64,000 bases of DNA from Eledone cirrhosa (taxonomy: Eukaryota): contig OZ024756.1 in the NCBI GenBank assembly GCA_964016885.1, positions 13,640,001 through 13,704,000 on the forward strand. Reading direction: 5' to 3'. The translations under genes and the position numbers were made by a program. Positions 13,523 to 27,299 of this stretch are shown here, piece by piece; position 1 is the stretch's first letter, and each line of letters begins with the position of its first letter. Under the pieces are notes generated by a model that worked only from the letters and a program-made list of their open reading frames with translations, was not told the origin of the DNA and did not search any database.

Positions 13523-13525
<3 letters not shown>
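12790..13525 (-). mobile_element. Penelope-like element 3' fragment (GIY-YIG endonuclease plus 3' UTR)
   Basis: Minus strand reads CIVCKL..NCKTRNVVYSIRC..TYIGETG..HQHA..EAT..QPKLNRK; degenerate hammerhead core at about 12797-12840; related to 22760-25700. Confidence 0.8.
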
Positions 13526-13570
<45 letters not shown>

Positions 13571-13614
13571 CGTGCGTGCGTGCGCGCACAGACACACACC
13601 CACACACACACACA

Positions 13615-13714
<100 letters not shown>

Positions 13715-13717
13715 TAA

Positions 13718-13747
<30 letters not shown>

Positions 13748-13751
<4 letters not shown>

Positions 13752-14697
13752 GATGGCTGCAAATTCATGTTCGAGCATTGCCATCGCCCGATGAAATGTG
13801 AGGCACGAATGTGATTCTTTAAACTAGCCAAAAACTTGCACCCTCTGGCACATACATGGCAACTCTTCTGGGACTTTCCATTGCTTTGTTCTGATTGTGT
13901 GTTCTCATATGTCTTTTAAGACCTCCCATGCTAGCACATTCCGTGCACCTTTTCAGATCATCTACATGAGGTTTATCGTGTCTAATCAAGCAAGGTAGAC
14001 TCGACCACAGTGCTGGGAAACCAGATGATGTTCAACAGCAGGCAGTTCAAAACCGTCCCTTTTTCTCACCCTCCTTTTCAGTGTTAGGTACTCTCCAACG
14101 AGTTTCAAAGTGTTCACTACCTGACTTGATCAAACGTCTCCACTTCACACGCTCCTCAGCCATTTTCTCCCATTCGTCAGATGAAATTCCAGCACAAGCC
14201 AAGGTGCCCCTGACACAGTCCGCATTTTTGGTTTGTGTGGTGGTCGCCTTCCTTCACACCAAGTTGCTTTGGAATACGATCATCAGGCATCCGAACCACA
14301 TGTCCGTACCACCTCAACCGATGCCGAAAGATCATGCTCTCTATAGTCACGCACCTGCTCAGTTCGAGAACTTCCAAATCACTGACGAACATTTTCCATT
14401 GCACCCCAAGTAACTTACGAAGAGATTGTTGATGAAATATCTCCAGTTCCTTGAGGTGCTTTCTGTATGTGACTCACGTTTCACAAGCATAAAGCAAAGA
14501 GGATACGACACAAGTCAGATACACTTTTACCTTGGTTTCGATAGTGATAACTCGTCTGGACCATAAACGTTGATGCAGCCGTCCAAAAGCATCACTGGCT
14601 TTCTTGATTCTTAAGGATATCTCATCATCAAGTGTGCATGAATTGTTCAACATACTACCAAGGTAAACAAACTTGTCAGAAACTTTCAGCACATGAT
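13748..14697 (-). mobile_element. RTE-clade LINE 3' fragment, degenerate
   Basis: KFVYLGS..DDEISLRIKKASDAFGRL..TKVKVY..LLYACET and RLRWYGHVVRMPDDRIPKQ motifs. Confidence 0.85.
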
Positions 14698-16186
14698 AAG
14701 AGTGGGCACACTCACACGGGCCATTCTCTCCACATTCACCCACCTTTCAGCAAATGTACTGGGGGCGGGGACAACACTTCTCTCTCCAACCTCACTTTCC
14801 TTTCCAAGTGAAATTTGAAAAAGTTGATGAGGGATTGCCGAAGAGAAAAGTGTCTGTTTTCAGACCTTACAACCTGGTCCACCATACAACCTCTTTCGCT
14901 ACTGCCACCAGACAGAGGAAAATTACCTGCTCTTCCTAGACAAAAGAAGGCGACAGGTCAATCTTCACTATGGACTCGGCTGATAGCCGGATCCGTTCTA
15001 CACGCGACAACAGCTGTTCAACATAACTCCGCAAGTCACACTTGCCCACCACTAATCCTCAATGGAACTCGAGAGTAGAAATTCCACTAACTGCATTGCC
15101 CGCTTGGTAGAGGGCAGTGAGTTCCTGGCAACATTCCAGATGCCAGTCACCCAGTCTCGGCCTCTTCTTGACCCAGGACTGCAGCTCAGTCAAAGAGACG
15201 AGCTGCGGAAAGTCTCGTCTGACAAACGGCGACCACACCTGTTCACCGTTTAGGCAGAATATCTGGAGATGTCGCAGCTTCAGCGCATGACTGCCCATCA
15301 TTAGCCACGGCATGCCCAGTCCTCCAGGTAGAGGGTGCTGGCAGCAGATAGACCGCCTCACCAACGAAACCTGTCCCCTCCACAAGAATTTGAAGAGGAA
15401 TCGTTCCAACTTGAGGAGGCGCGGACGAGGGCAAGGTACGACGGTAAGGCGGTAGTAGATGGCGGACGCGATGTACGCATTCGCCACCCCACCCGACCTT
15501 TCAGTGATAGCTTCCTCGCAGCCCATTTCTGGGTGACACTGGCTACCCTGCTCGTCCCAATTCTCATCCACCTGGAGGTCTGGCCCGAACCAATGCCCGA
15601 GCAACTTTACTGGTCCGTCTATCCAGCGCCCCACGACGCTGTTGGACGCCATGGACTTGCCTCTCCAGGTGCTGAGCTGCAACCCCACTGACTTCCTTTA
15701 CGCCAACCTTTCATATTCCTCCAATAAGTTGCCGGCCACCTCGATTTCCGAGGTGTCCGGCACCATCACGGTGATGTCGTCCGCATAAGCCGACACGGCC
15801 TTTCCGCGTCCCGGTTCGAGCGGGATGCCCTGCAACAGCTCCATCTTCCGCAGTAAAGACTCGAGAGTCAATACGTACAGAGGGGAGGAGAGAGGGCAAC
15901 CTTGGCGGACTGAACGGTAGATCTGAAACGGTTACGAGAGGTGACCATTAACTTTGACCACCGAGCAGATACCGCTGTGCATTGCAGCGATCCAGCTTCT
16001 GAAGACGGGGCCGAATCCAGCTGCCTTGAGGATAACCTCCAGGTACCGATGGTCGACCCTATCGAATGCTTTCGATTGATCGAAATTGATCAGAGCCCCA
16101 CCGAAGCCAGATTTACACCCTACCCTCTCTAGGATGTATCACATGAGGTGGACGTTGTCGTGTATGGACCTGGTTGGGATTGCGCA
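14698..16186 (-). mobile_element. Tx1/L1-clade LINE fragment (RT to C-terminus), frameshifted
   Basis: Minus-strand DQSKAFDRVDH, SVRQGCPLSS, AYADD, GGLGMPW; same family as 7066 and 50206. Confidence 0.85.
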
Positions 16187-17932
16187 AGGAACGCACGGAA
16201 ATGGGACTAGTCAGTAAGGCTATACTTAGAAACATAGTTAAGTCCATTAGGACCAAGTCCAACCTGTCCCATCTCCGTCATTAAGTGGTTTAACTCCTTC
16301 AACTCCAAAAAAGCGAAGTTCACGCAATTTGACATTGTAGATTTTTACCCGTCGATGTCAGAGACCCTGTTAAACAAAGCGTTGGACTTTGCCACCACTT
16401 ACACTACCGTCTATGTTTTAGACAGGGAGATCATCGCTCACTGCCGGAAAACCTTCCTCTTCAACAACGGAGTAGCCTGGACAAAGAAGTCAACCACTTC
16501 AGAACTGTTCGACGTCTCCATGGTATCGTTTGACAGTGCTGAGGTATGCGACTTGGTTGGCCTATTCATTTTAGACATATTACATGTTAGATTCTCGGAC
16601 TCCCACACGGGAATATACCGCGAGGATGGCCTCACCTTATCGAGCCATAAAAGTGGTCATGACCTGGACCGGTTTAAAAAAGATTTAACTTCTACCTTTA
16701 ATGAGTTAGGACTTAGGATAACAATAGCTACCAACCTCTCTAGCGTAGATTTCTTAGACATTAATTTAGACCTTCGCACACATACCTTCAGACCCTTCCA
16801 TAAGCTAAACGAAAAAGTTAATTACATTCACAAGGACTCATGCCACCCCACTACTGTTTTTAGAAACTTCGTAAATAATATCAGTACTAGAATCTCTAAC
16901 CTCTCCTCTAATAAGGCTATCTTTGACAGAGGGGCACCCTACTATAACACGGCGTTAGCTAACAGAGGCTTCTCACAACCAATTACTTACTCCCACAGTA
17001 ACAACAACAGCAATAAGAAAAGAAATCGTAACAATAGACAAACTATCTGGTTCTCTCCTCCCTTCTCACTCAACGTTAAAACTAATGTAGGAAAACATTT
17101 TTTAGCTCTTTTAGATAAACACTTTCCCATAGGTCACAAATACCGCTCCATCTTTAACAGACACAGAGTAAAACTAGGGTACTCCTGCACCAAGAATATG
17201 AAGGCCCACATCACCAACAGTCCTAAGAGAGGCACCCCACCAGGATGCTCTTGCCGAAAGCCTGAAGCTTGTCCCCTTCAACAGCAATGCAACACACCCG
17301 CTGTAGTTTATGAAGCTGTGGTCACTTCCAGCCGACCAAATCAATCACAGGAGGCCAAATCCTATGTGAGTATGGCGAAAGGCCGATTTAAGGAACGCTT
17401 CCTGAACCATCAGTCGACCTTTAGGTTCCCGGACAAACGATCAGTCACGAATCTCGCGAGCCACGTATGGTCCCTCAAGGACTCAGGTATAGACTACTCT
17501 ATTCAATGGAAAGCCATCACTAAGTCCACGCCATACGCTAGGGGCAATCTGTCGTATGGACTGTGTATTGAAGAAAGGATAACTATTCTAAGGAGATTAC
17601 GCAATAGCGATTGCCTAAATTCAAGGATTGAAATCTTCTCACGTTGTCCACATATCTGGAAACACCTCTTGAAAAACTACAAAGCTCCGGATTGAATAAC
17701 AACAACATTCTAATTTTCTTATCAACCCGAACATTTTTTCCGACTTTTGCAGTTATCTCCCTTACACCTTTCGTCCGTGTCATTGTATCGCTTGGTCGAA
17801 GTGACCGTTTCTGCGCATGCGCGTTCACATGGTTGTTCTTCCTGTTCCGTATAACTATGACCAGTACGAGCTGAAGATCCGCTAAGGTGAAACAATTGTT
17901 CTCGGTATGGTGAACTAACTGTTGTGTTACCA

Positions 17933-17933
<1 letters not shown>
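16187..17933 (+). mobile_element. Penelope-like retroelement (RT plus C-terminal GIY-YIG), 5'-truncated
   Basis: ORF 16355-17695 with upstream FDIVDFYPS, YREDG, FLDI, CSC..CPL..C linker and VVY..YV..FKER..NH; 3' hammerhead; ends at (TA)n. Confidence 0.9.
17867..17904 (+). ncRNA. Hammerhead ribozyme motif in PLE 3' pLTR
   Basis: cgag-CTGAAGA-tcc gctaa ggt-GAA-acaattgt-T-ctcg; palindromic stem III ACAATTGT. Confidence 0.75.
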
Positions 17934-17987
<54 letters not shown>

Positions 17988-17989
<2 letters not shown>

Positions 17990-18484
17990 TAGCCGAATTA
18001 CCCACGCCTTGCTGCGTTTCACACATGTTTTTTGTAAAATGATGATTGATTTTAAATCAGTGATATAATTTATGGAGAAAAACTCTGCATTTCAATATTA
18101 GTCAATGTTAAATGTAATGCATGAAAAATTGGAAAACATTATTTTTTGTAATATATCAAATGAAAATTACATTATTAAATCTTATTCTTATTTTTGTTTC
18201 TTGTAAATAAATTTTTTCAAAATATCAATTCAAAACTTTTGTGAATAGGCTTCATATCTTGTCATTTACCTATGGTTTAAATTTCATATAAATCGAACGG
18301 AAACAATTTTTAGCGGGGCTTTTCAGCGGGGGTTTTGTGCCCCCAGGGAACACTTTGATTAAAATGAAATATACTTATCCAAGTACCCTGGGCAATGTAG
18401 TTTCAGAATATCTCTGGTTATGGGGGTCTATCTCCAAAACCATAGGAGTTCGTGAACAAACAAACAGACAGGAATACAACTTTT
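17988..18484 (-). mobile_element. Probable non-autonomous Helitron/HINE-like element
   Basis: ACTAG terminus with GC-rich subterminal segment at the left end, AT-rich body and (aaac)n/agac repeat near the other end, as in non-autonomous Helitron derivatives; pattern recognition only. Confidence 0.45.
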
Positions 18485-18485
18485 T

Positions 18486-19885
18486 GCCATCACGACTACC
18501 TACAAAAAGGTAATAGAGATGGCATTGACTGAGACAAACGCGGCCGGAAAAGAAATCGCCAAGTCCCTTAAATTACATGACCGAACCGAACCTTTAAGGG
18601 TAAAGACCCCGCACTTTACCCTGAAGGACCATAAGGGAAACTTCCTCAACAAACCATCAGTCAGACTTATCAACCCGACTCGTTCAGACATCGGCTCTAT
18701 CAGTAAGAAGATCCTTGATAGAGTTCTACCATCATTGCGGGCTGCCTCACCACTCCCACCCTGGAGCAGAACATCTGAGGCAATATCCTGGTTCCAAGAA
18801 TTACCCGACAAACGGCAAACTCGCTTCCTGCAACTCGACATAGAAAACTACTATGCTTCTATCTCGGAGCCCCTCCTGAAGGACGCAATTACCTTTGCCA
18901 GGAATTTTACCACCATTACCGATGCTGAGAAAGTTGTTATCCTCCACGCCCGTAGGACCTTTCTATACCACGATGGATCTTACTGGATCAACAAGAAGTC
19001 TCGGACCCCATTTGACGTCAGCATGGGAGCGAATGATTCGGTTGAAATTAGCGACCTTGTGGGCTTGTACATTTTACATCACCTGAAGAACCTCTTTACT
19101 GGTCTAAGCGGAGGTTTATACCGAGACGACGGCCTCTTCGCCCTGCACAAGGTTAACCCCAGAACCACTGATGGATTTCGGAGAAACTTAAGCTCGTTCT
19201 TCTCTAATCTAGGATTTAGTATAACTATAGAATCTAATATGACTAGGGCCAATTTCTTAGATGTCACTCTCGACCTAGATACTTCCCTCTATTACCCGTA
19301 CCAGAAACCTAACGAGTCCCTTAGATATATTAATGTTAATTCTAACCACCCCCAAAACATCACTGATAACTTAGTAAAAAGCGTCTCTATTAGAATCTCT
19401 GGCCTCTCTGCCAACGAAAATATTTTTAACGCCTCTGCCTCCTACTACAATGACGCCCTCGCCCGCAGCGGATTTAAAGAAAAGATAACCTACCTAGAAA
19501 CCACCGCAAGATTGCAGAGGGGGAATAGGCATAGGCAGATTAGCTGGTACAACCCTCCCTTCAATAGAGAGGTCTCTACACCGATAGCTAGGATTTTCTT
19601 CACTTTGCTGAAAACACACTTCCCCATACAACATAGGTACTACCCATCTTTAATAAGAACACAATAAGACTCTCTTACTCCACCACACCTAACCTAGCTA
19701 GGAATATAGCCAACCACAATTCTAAAAAATTAAATAAGCCAACCACCTCCGAACCCAATCCCCGGACTGGGGCCTTGTGTAATTGCCTAAATAAGGAAGC
19801 CTGCCCACTTGAAAACAAATGCCTGACAAATGATATCGTATACAAATGCGATGTCATCTCAGGCACCGATGATTGCAATAACAAA
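18486..19885 (+). mobile_element. Penelope-like retroelement RT region (second family), EN truncated
   Basis: ORF 18519-19667: TLKDHK..RLINP, LDIENYYASI, DVSMGA, YRDDG, NFLDVTL, YIN..SNHP; followed by CNC..CPL..C. Confidence 0.9.
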
Positions 19886-20020
19886 AAGACTAATTATATA
19901 TAACATTTGGGGACCAAATGAATTAACTGTGGAGATATAAAAGATACAGAAGCGAAAACCAACCAAAGTGAGTGTGTTCTGTTGCAATATTATTACAACA
20001 ATATGACCCTCCCCAAGTAT

Positions 20021-20099
<79 letters not shown>

Positions 20100-20249
20100 C
20101 GTGAGTCTCTCTCTCTCCCTCTCTCTCTCTCTCTCTGTATATATATATATATATGGAAGCTACTGGAAGTTCTCCAAGTATTGTACAATGTAATACAATG
20201 ACTTACAACAGTACGTTAGACTACTGTTACATTGCATCATACAGAGGTA

Positions 20250-20550
20250 CTACCACCACCACCACAACTACCACCACACACAGCCCCTACAACCACAACT
20301 ACCACCACCACCACCACAGCTACCACCACCACCACCACCACAGCTACCACCACCACCACCACAGCTACCTCCACCACAACTACCACCACCACAATCACAA
20401 CTACCACCACCACCATCATCACAACTACCACCACCACAATCACAACTACCACCACCATCATCACAACTACCACCACCACCACCACAACTACCACCACCAC
20501 TACCACCCCACCACCACAACAACTACTACAACCAGCACCATCACCCACAT
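20250..20550. repeat. (CAC)n-rich microsatellite
   Basis: Seen directly. Confidence 0.9.
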
Positions 20551-20695
20551 CCCCTAAAGAGGGAGGGGGTACAATCTGACACTGAGAGAGGGAGACTGTA
20601 CCCCTCCCCCCACTCCAAGTGTCAGACTGTACCCCTCCCCCACCCCCAGTTCAAGTGGTATATCTCAGCTATGAAGGTATTTCCGCGGAGAAATA

Positions 20696-21372
20696 GCCAG
20701 CGACGTCCACTGCACCAGCCACTTCGCGACACGGTCTTCTTTCTTCAGCCAGCGACGTCCACTGCACCAGCCACTTCACGACACGGTCTTCCTTCTTCAG
20801 CCAGCGACGTCCACTGCACCAGCCACTTCACGACACGGTCTTCCTTCTTCAGCCAGCGACGTTCACTGCACCAGCCACTTCACGACACGGTCTTCCTTCT
20901 TCAGCCAGCGACGTCCACTGCACCAGCCACTTCACGACACGGTCTTCCTTCTTCAGCCAGCGACGTCCACTGCACCAGCCACTTCACGACACGGTCTTCC
21001 TTCTTCAGCCAGCGACGTCGACTGCACCAGCCACTTCGCGACACGGTCTTCCTTCTTCAGCCAGCGACGTCCACTGCACCAGCCACTTCACGACACGGTC
21101 TTCCTTCTTCAGCCAGCGCCGTCCACTGCACCAGCCACTTCAGGACACAGTCTTCCTTCTTCAGCCAGCGACGTCCACTGCACCAGCCTCTTCAGGACAC
21201 GGTCTTCCTTCTTCAGCCAGCGCCGTCCACTGCACCAGCCTCTTCAGGACACGGTCTTCTTTCTTCAGCCAGCGACGTCCACTGCACCAGCCACTTCACG
21301 ACACAGTCTTCCTTCTTCAGCCAGCGACGTCCACTGCACCAGCCACTTCATGACACGGTCTTCCTTCCTCAG
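20696..21372. repeat. 52-bp GC-rich minisatellite (cagcgacgtccactgcaccagccacttcacgacacggtcttccttcttcagc)n
   Basis: About 13 tandem copies, period 52. Confidence 0.95.
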
Positions 21373-22759
21373 CTCGGATGATTCACTTCTTTAGATTTGG
21401 CGGAGATGAACGACAACAACAACAACAACAACAAAAACAACAACAACATCATCATCATCATCACCAACAACACCAACAACTACAGCAATAGCAGTAGCAG
21501 CAAAGCTAAGCCAACAGCTGCAACAATAACAGTTCCAACAACAACAACAGCTACAACAACAACGACAGCAGTTACAACAACAACAGTTCCAACAACAACA
21601 ACAGTTATCGGCAGCTGTCGTGTCACCAAGTACACTCTCCTGTCTTTGAAAGAAGAACATGTCTCCGCCCAACCAGTGTCGAAAATCTTAGTAATTAATA
21701 GGTGTCATTGATTAAAGTAATTTTGTTAATTGTCTGGCTTCAAGAGAAAGAGAACGCTTCGCCAAAAAACCGTAGCGTATAGTATTGTGTGTGTGTGTGT
21801 GCGCGTGTGCGTGTGTGTGTGCGTGCGTGTGTGTTTGTGTGTGCGTGCGTGTGTGTGTAATAAAAAAATATCCGGCATATAAATTTATTCATTTATGTAT
21901 AAGCTCTGTGATATTGTAAAACTACAGTGATTGGGAATTTACCAATTGAATTAGACTCTAAACTGTCTCGTACCTATCTTGCTGTCGCCTATAAAATCAC
22001 ATTGAGCTTTGAAATATTCTTTGCCTTTATATGGTTGTATTATCAACTCATCTAAACTATTATGTATATGTATGGGTGACCTTGACCTTGAGCCAATCCT
22101 CTGCGAAACGCGCGTAACAAGTCGATACACAATGAATATCTTTTATATGTAAACGAAACTTCCTCGTTTTTTTTTCTTCTATTATATACACTCTGCCTGT
22201 GTATAGAGTGCTTGATTTGGTACCAACACCAGTAATTCAATGACCCCCCCCCCCCATATATATATATATATATATAATTGTTTCTACTTTTGGCACAAGG
22301 CCAGCAATTAACCAGTGCATTACTGGTACTTTATTTTATCGACCCCGTAAGGATGAAAGGGAAAGCTAACCTCAGCAGGATTTGATCTCAGACCGTAAAG
22401 GGACGTATCTATGCTGGAAAGCATGGCATCCGACCCTCTGCCGATACTGCCAATTCACCTAATATAATGTAATATGTCACATGAATACAACAGTTTCACA
22501 GTTAAAGGACTAACATTTATAACATAACTCACACGTGTTTCGCCAACGAACAGGTAACCAATATCTAGAATCGCTAATCTGATGGGATCTATCGGAAAAT
22601 TCGATTTCCATTATCTTTGCGTTAGCACCGTAATACAAACAAGGAATTAGAACACAGTAGGTCTGATCTGGCTATTTTAAATTTCTTTTTTATTTTAAGA
22701 ACATGCTGTGAGAGATTTGGCGGTTATTTCTGAAAAGCCGAGTGACATCGGGTGACGGG

Positions 22760-25700
22760 TGGGGGATCAATGCAGTCTCCAGACGTCCTTCTCACCCCCG
22801 CTTCCCCTGTAATTCTCTAGTATATTTCTAACAGCCAGCATTAATTCTAATGTTAACGCAGTGACAGTGATTCGGACCAGCTTTTCTATTAAAAGATAAC
22901 TAGAGCTCACTAAATTACCTTTTAATAAAAGAGTTTGTATACCACAACAAATAGATGACGAAACAGAGGCACAGTTTACCATACCTGGAAATAAACTTAG
23001 ACAGGAAGTAGACCAATATACTAGGAGACAAAACAAACCAGAGATTCAACAACTTGGAAGAAAACCTGTAGAAGCCCTACTTAGCCTCATGCAGCGCACA
23101 AGGGATGGTGAGGTAGTGTGTCTACCCACAGATAAATCTGGTAGGATGTCAATAGACAGCATGCCGAACTATATCGAGGCTATGCAACCCCACATCATCA
23201 ACACGAGCGAAACAACACAACAAACACATGAGGGGAGAGAGAAGATCCTCAACGCTCACATGATGATGTGGACCGACATCCTAAAGCCAAGTAGACGCAC
23301 AGCCAACAACTTCCAAGCGTCGAACAATGACATACCACCCTTATATGGACTCCACAAAGACCATAAAACAACTAATGACCCGACGACAGGACCACCAACA
23401 AGACCTGTATGCGGAGCCAATATTGCTAGCAACTACAGGATCTCCTACTTCCTCTCTATGGTTATACGCCCCATAATTAAGATGTCCCCCAGATATATGT
23501 GACAGCACAGAGGACCTCCTCAGCAGAATCAATGAATGCAACAACAATGAAAACTTAACAAACTGCGTAATAGGCAGTATGGATGTAGTATCACTGTACC
23601 CATCCATTAACATTGATTTTGCTGTGGAAAAATGTGTGGAAATAATCAGTGAGTGAGGTAGAGTTCTGTGACGTCGACACAGATGAACTGGGCCTCCTAC
23701 TTAGACTTACTTATGACACCGAGTACCTAGATAATCATGACCTTAGCTGTTTCTGCCTCAGTAGGCACATAAGAGGTAGACCTCCCACCATAACCTCAAT
23801 GGCTAAAACGACTCCCATGGGAAGATGGAATGGATGGACCAAAGCCATACGGACACCCAAAAACAACGATCAGGTGAGAAAAATGATCGCAGATGCAATA
23901 GGGGCTAGTATTAAAACTATCCTATAGGGCCACATGTTTAAATTTAATGAGAAAATTTACACCCAGAATGAGGGAGCGGCCATTGGCGTCAGCATAGCTG
24001 GCGATGTTTCCAACCTATTTATGGTATGGTGGGAAAGAAGACTCAGAGAACTCCTAGAAGAGAACTCCGTAGACCTCGTCATATACTCTCCTTACGTAGA
24101 TGATATTAATATTGTAATAAGAACACCCCCACAAGAGAGTACCAATGAACATGATTTAGAATATAGCACAATGGAGAGCATCCAGCAGATAGTTAAGTCC
24201 ATACACCAGAGTATAGCTGTGACTATTGACTACCCTTCCAAACACCCTAACAATAGGCTACTAGTATCAGACAGTGAACTCTCGTTAAGCCCTATTTACG
24301 AGAAAACCAAAATTCTCCACCCACATTATGCCTATACACAAAAACTCAGCAATGTCCAATAGTGCTAAGTTTAATATTCTGATCGCAGACTTGGTAAGAG
24401 TGATGAAGAATGTGTCCTGCATGTGCGACCCAACTGAACTAGAAAGACACATCCAAAACTTCATCAATCGCATGCAGTTCTCTGGCTACAACCAAAGAGA
24501 CAGAATCAGAGTGTACAAAGGAGCCACGGAGAAATGGACATGAAAGGAATTTGCCCATTATACAGGAGCCAATCATGGAATAGCATAGATAGGACTAAAC
24601 ATAAGATAGCGAAAGCCACTTCACGGTACGACAACCTGAGATATCAGAGTGTCATGTCTGTGGATGCTACCTCTGGAGGGAAATTAGCTAACCAGTGTAG
24701 AAGGCTCTAAGAAAGACCCATTTAAACATTAAAGTGGTAGAAAAGCCAGGAATACTATAAAATCCCTGATCAGCAAAACATACACCTTTAAGAAAACCCA
24801 CTGTACGAATAAGAAATGTACTTTATGTAGAATAAATCCACAAATAAATTTGCAAAACTAGAAATGTAGTCTATAGAATAAGATGTACAGAGGGTAGCTG
24901 CAGAAACATGACAACGAAGCATGGGGGAGAGTATAGACCAATATTGGGGTGAACTAAAAGGACAAAAAGACGGTTCAGTGCTACACGAACACGCCAGACA
25001 AAGACACGATGGTAATATAGACAACATAAATATTAAAATAATATCTAAACATAGAAATGACTCAACAGCTAGGCAAATCAGAGAAGCAACTGAGATAGAG
25101 CTAAGAAGACCGAAGTTGAACAGAAAGACCGAATGGAATAACAACAACAACCATACCCAAACACACAATACTGACCGAAGGGAATAACAACAACAACCAT
25201 ACCCAAACACACAATACTGACCGAAGGGAATAACAACAACAACCATACCCAAACACACAATACTGACCGAAGGGAAATATAAATAAATGAATAAATATTC
25301 AAAGGTAGAATAACAACAACAACCATACCCAAACACACAATACTGACCGAAGGGAAATATAAATAAATGAATAAATAATCACAGGTACAATAACAACAAC
25401 AACCATACCCAAACACACAATACTGACCGAAGGGAAATATAAATAAATGAATAAATATTCACAGGTACAATAACAACAACCACACATAAACACACACCAG
25501 GGAACAAATATAGAATACAAACACATATAGACTCAGACATGAACACACCAAACAGAGAGCATGCGCAAACAGAGACAGAGACAAGAATAAATAAATAAAT
25601 AAATAAGATAGAAATGGCGTAGACATTACAATACAACCGGAGGAAACAATAGTACCACTGATGATGTCTCAAATGTGTGACTAAAGAACTTTGATAGACT
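22760..25700 (+). mobile_element. Degenerate Penelope-like element (RT plus C-terminal GIY-YIG) with tandem repeats in its 3' UTR
   Basis: PTDKSG, LYGLHKDHK..PTRPV, DVVSLYPSI, QNEGAAIG, YVDD, CKTRNVVY, RQIREA..PKLN; stops and frameshifts; degenerate hammerhead at 25657-25690. Confidence 0.85.
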
Positions 25701-25857
25701 ATATATATATATATATTGTTATACTTTGGGAGGGTCATGTTGCCAATAAGAAACACACGCACCAGTTGCTTTCACTTCAATTTGTTATATATTTATAAAT
25801 TTATAAATTTCTGGTTGGTTGGTTGGTTCCACAACCAGATAGTTGTTTATATATAGT

Positions 25858-25897
25858 CATAGTTCTTTCGTCACACACTCTGTGACCTCTTCAGTGG
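25858..25897 (-). ncRNA. Partly degenerate hammerhead motif in an inverted PLE tail copy
   Basis: Minus strand ca-CTGAAGA-g gtcaca gagtg tgtgac-GAA-agaact. Confidence 0.5.
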
Positions 25898-26182
25898 CAA
25901 CATGACCCTCCCAAAGTATAACAATATCGGTTTCAACACACGATTTCAGATAAAGAATCTTGCTAAACAAATTCAGAAACGAAATATATATATATATATA
26001 TTTATATCTGTATTTTAACCGTTGATCAATCAATGATAAACATTGATTGCCGGATAAATTAACTATGGAAATATAAAAGATACAGAAGCGAAAACCAACC
26101 AACCAAAGAGTGAGTGTTTTATTATTATTTCTGGCAATATTATAACAGTATGACCCTCCCCAAATATCACAATATATATATA

Positions 26183-26420
26183 GAGGAGACTGAGGTTGGC
26201 TGGACATGCTCACCAACATCCAGAGTTGACATTGCACTCAGTGCTCCTTTGGGAGTCCCTACATGGACACACTAGAAGAGGAAGACCAGGGTTAACGTAT
26301 GTTGATGCCCTAAGGACAGACACTGGTCTGTTGGAGATGCAGGACATGGCAGCGATAATGAGGGACAGAGACCGCTGGAGAGAACTCGTCCATGGATCTC
26401 GGGAATTTTACCCGCCTTAG
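26183..26420 (+). mobile_element. RTE-clade LINE 3' end (second copy at 29641-29848)
   Basis: LAGH..HPE..VLLWEP.HG...RGRP.LTYVD.LR.D...M.DRD.WR motif ending at (TA)n. Confidence 0.8.
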
Positions 26421-26422
26421 AT

Positions 26423-26462
<40 letters not shown>

Positions 26463-26666
26463 GAATAATCGAGTATCGAAAAATCGGCGCACGAGTTCAC
26501 GATAAACAAAATTCGAGATGAGCGGCAGAGGGCTCCATAATTCAGATAAATCAGAGCTATAACTATCGTTAAAATACCGTCACACGTAGAATATGTCTAC
26601 AATCAACCATACGACCGAAAAATTGCGATATGGAAGATTCGGGACACTCAGATAAAAAATCAATAC

Positions 26667-26724
<58 letters not shown>

Positions 26725-27124
26725 ATACATACATATATATATATTTCGAATGGAAAGTGCGCCCGAGTGGTTAATTTCACTTATCCAACATAAATACGCC
26801 ATCATTCCAGCATCCCGCCCGTTCTAAGGAACGTCCCTGTCAACAGGAATATGTATGACAATCTCGAAGCCATTATGGAGTGTACCTCGGCGGGGAATTG
26901 GCAGTATCGGTAGAGGGTTGGACGCCATGCTTTGATGCATAGAGTTACGGCCCTTGCCATTCTGAGTTCAATTCCCGCCGAGGTTAACTTTGCCTTTCAT
27001 CCTTACGGGGTCGATAAAATAAAGTACCAGTGATGTACTGGATAATTGCTGGCCTTGTGCCAAAAAGTAAAAACAATTATGGAGTGTACCTGAGACAAAT
27101 AAACAAAGAAATGTCACAGATCAA

Positions 27125-27172
<48 letters not shown>

Positions 27173-27239
27173 CATACACAAACTCATATTAAACTCTACA
27201 TTTTTCACTCATTCATTCAAATTAAATCTACGTTCCTCA

Positions 27240-27299
<60 letters not shown>

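Noticed and set aside
20671-21381. 236-aa repetitive ORF
   Set aside because: 52-bp unit is not a multiple of 3 and cycles through frames; no supporting splice or homology evidence
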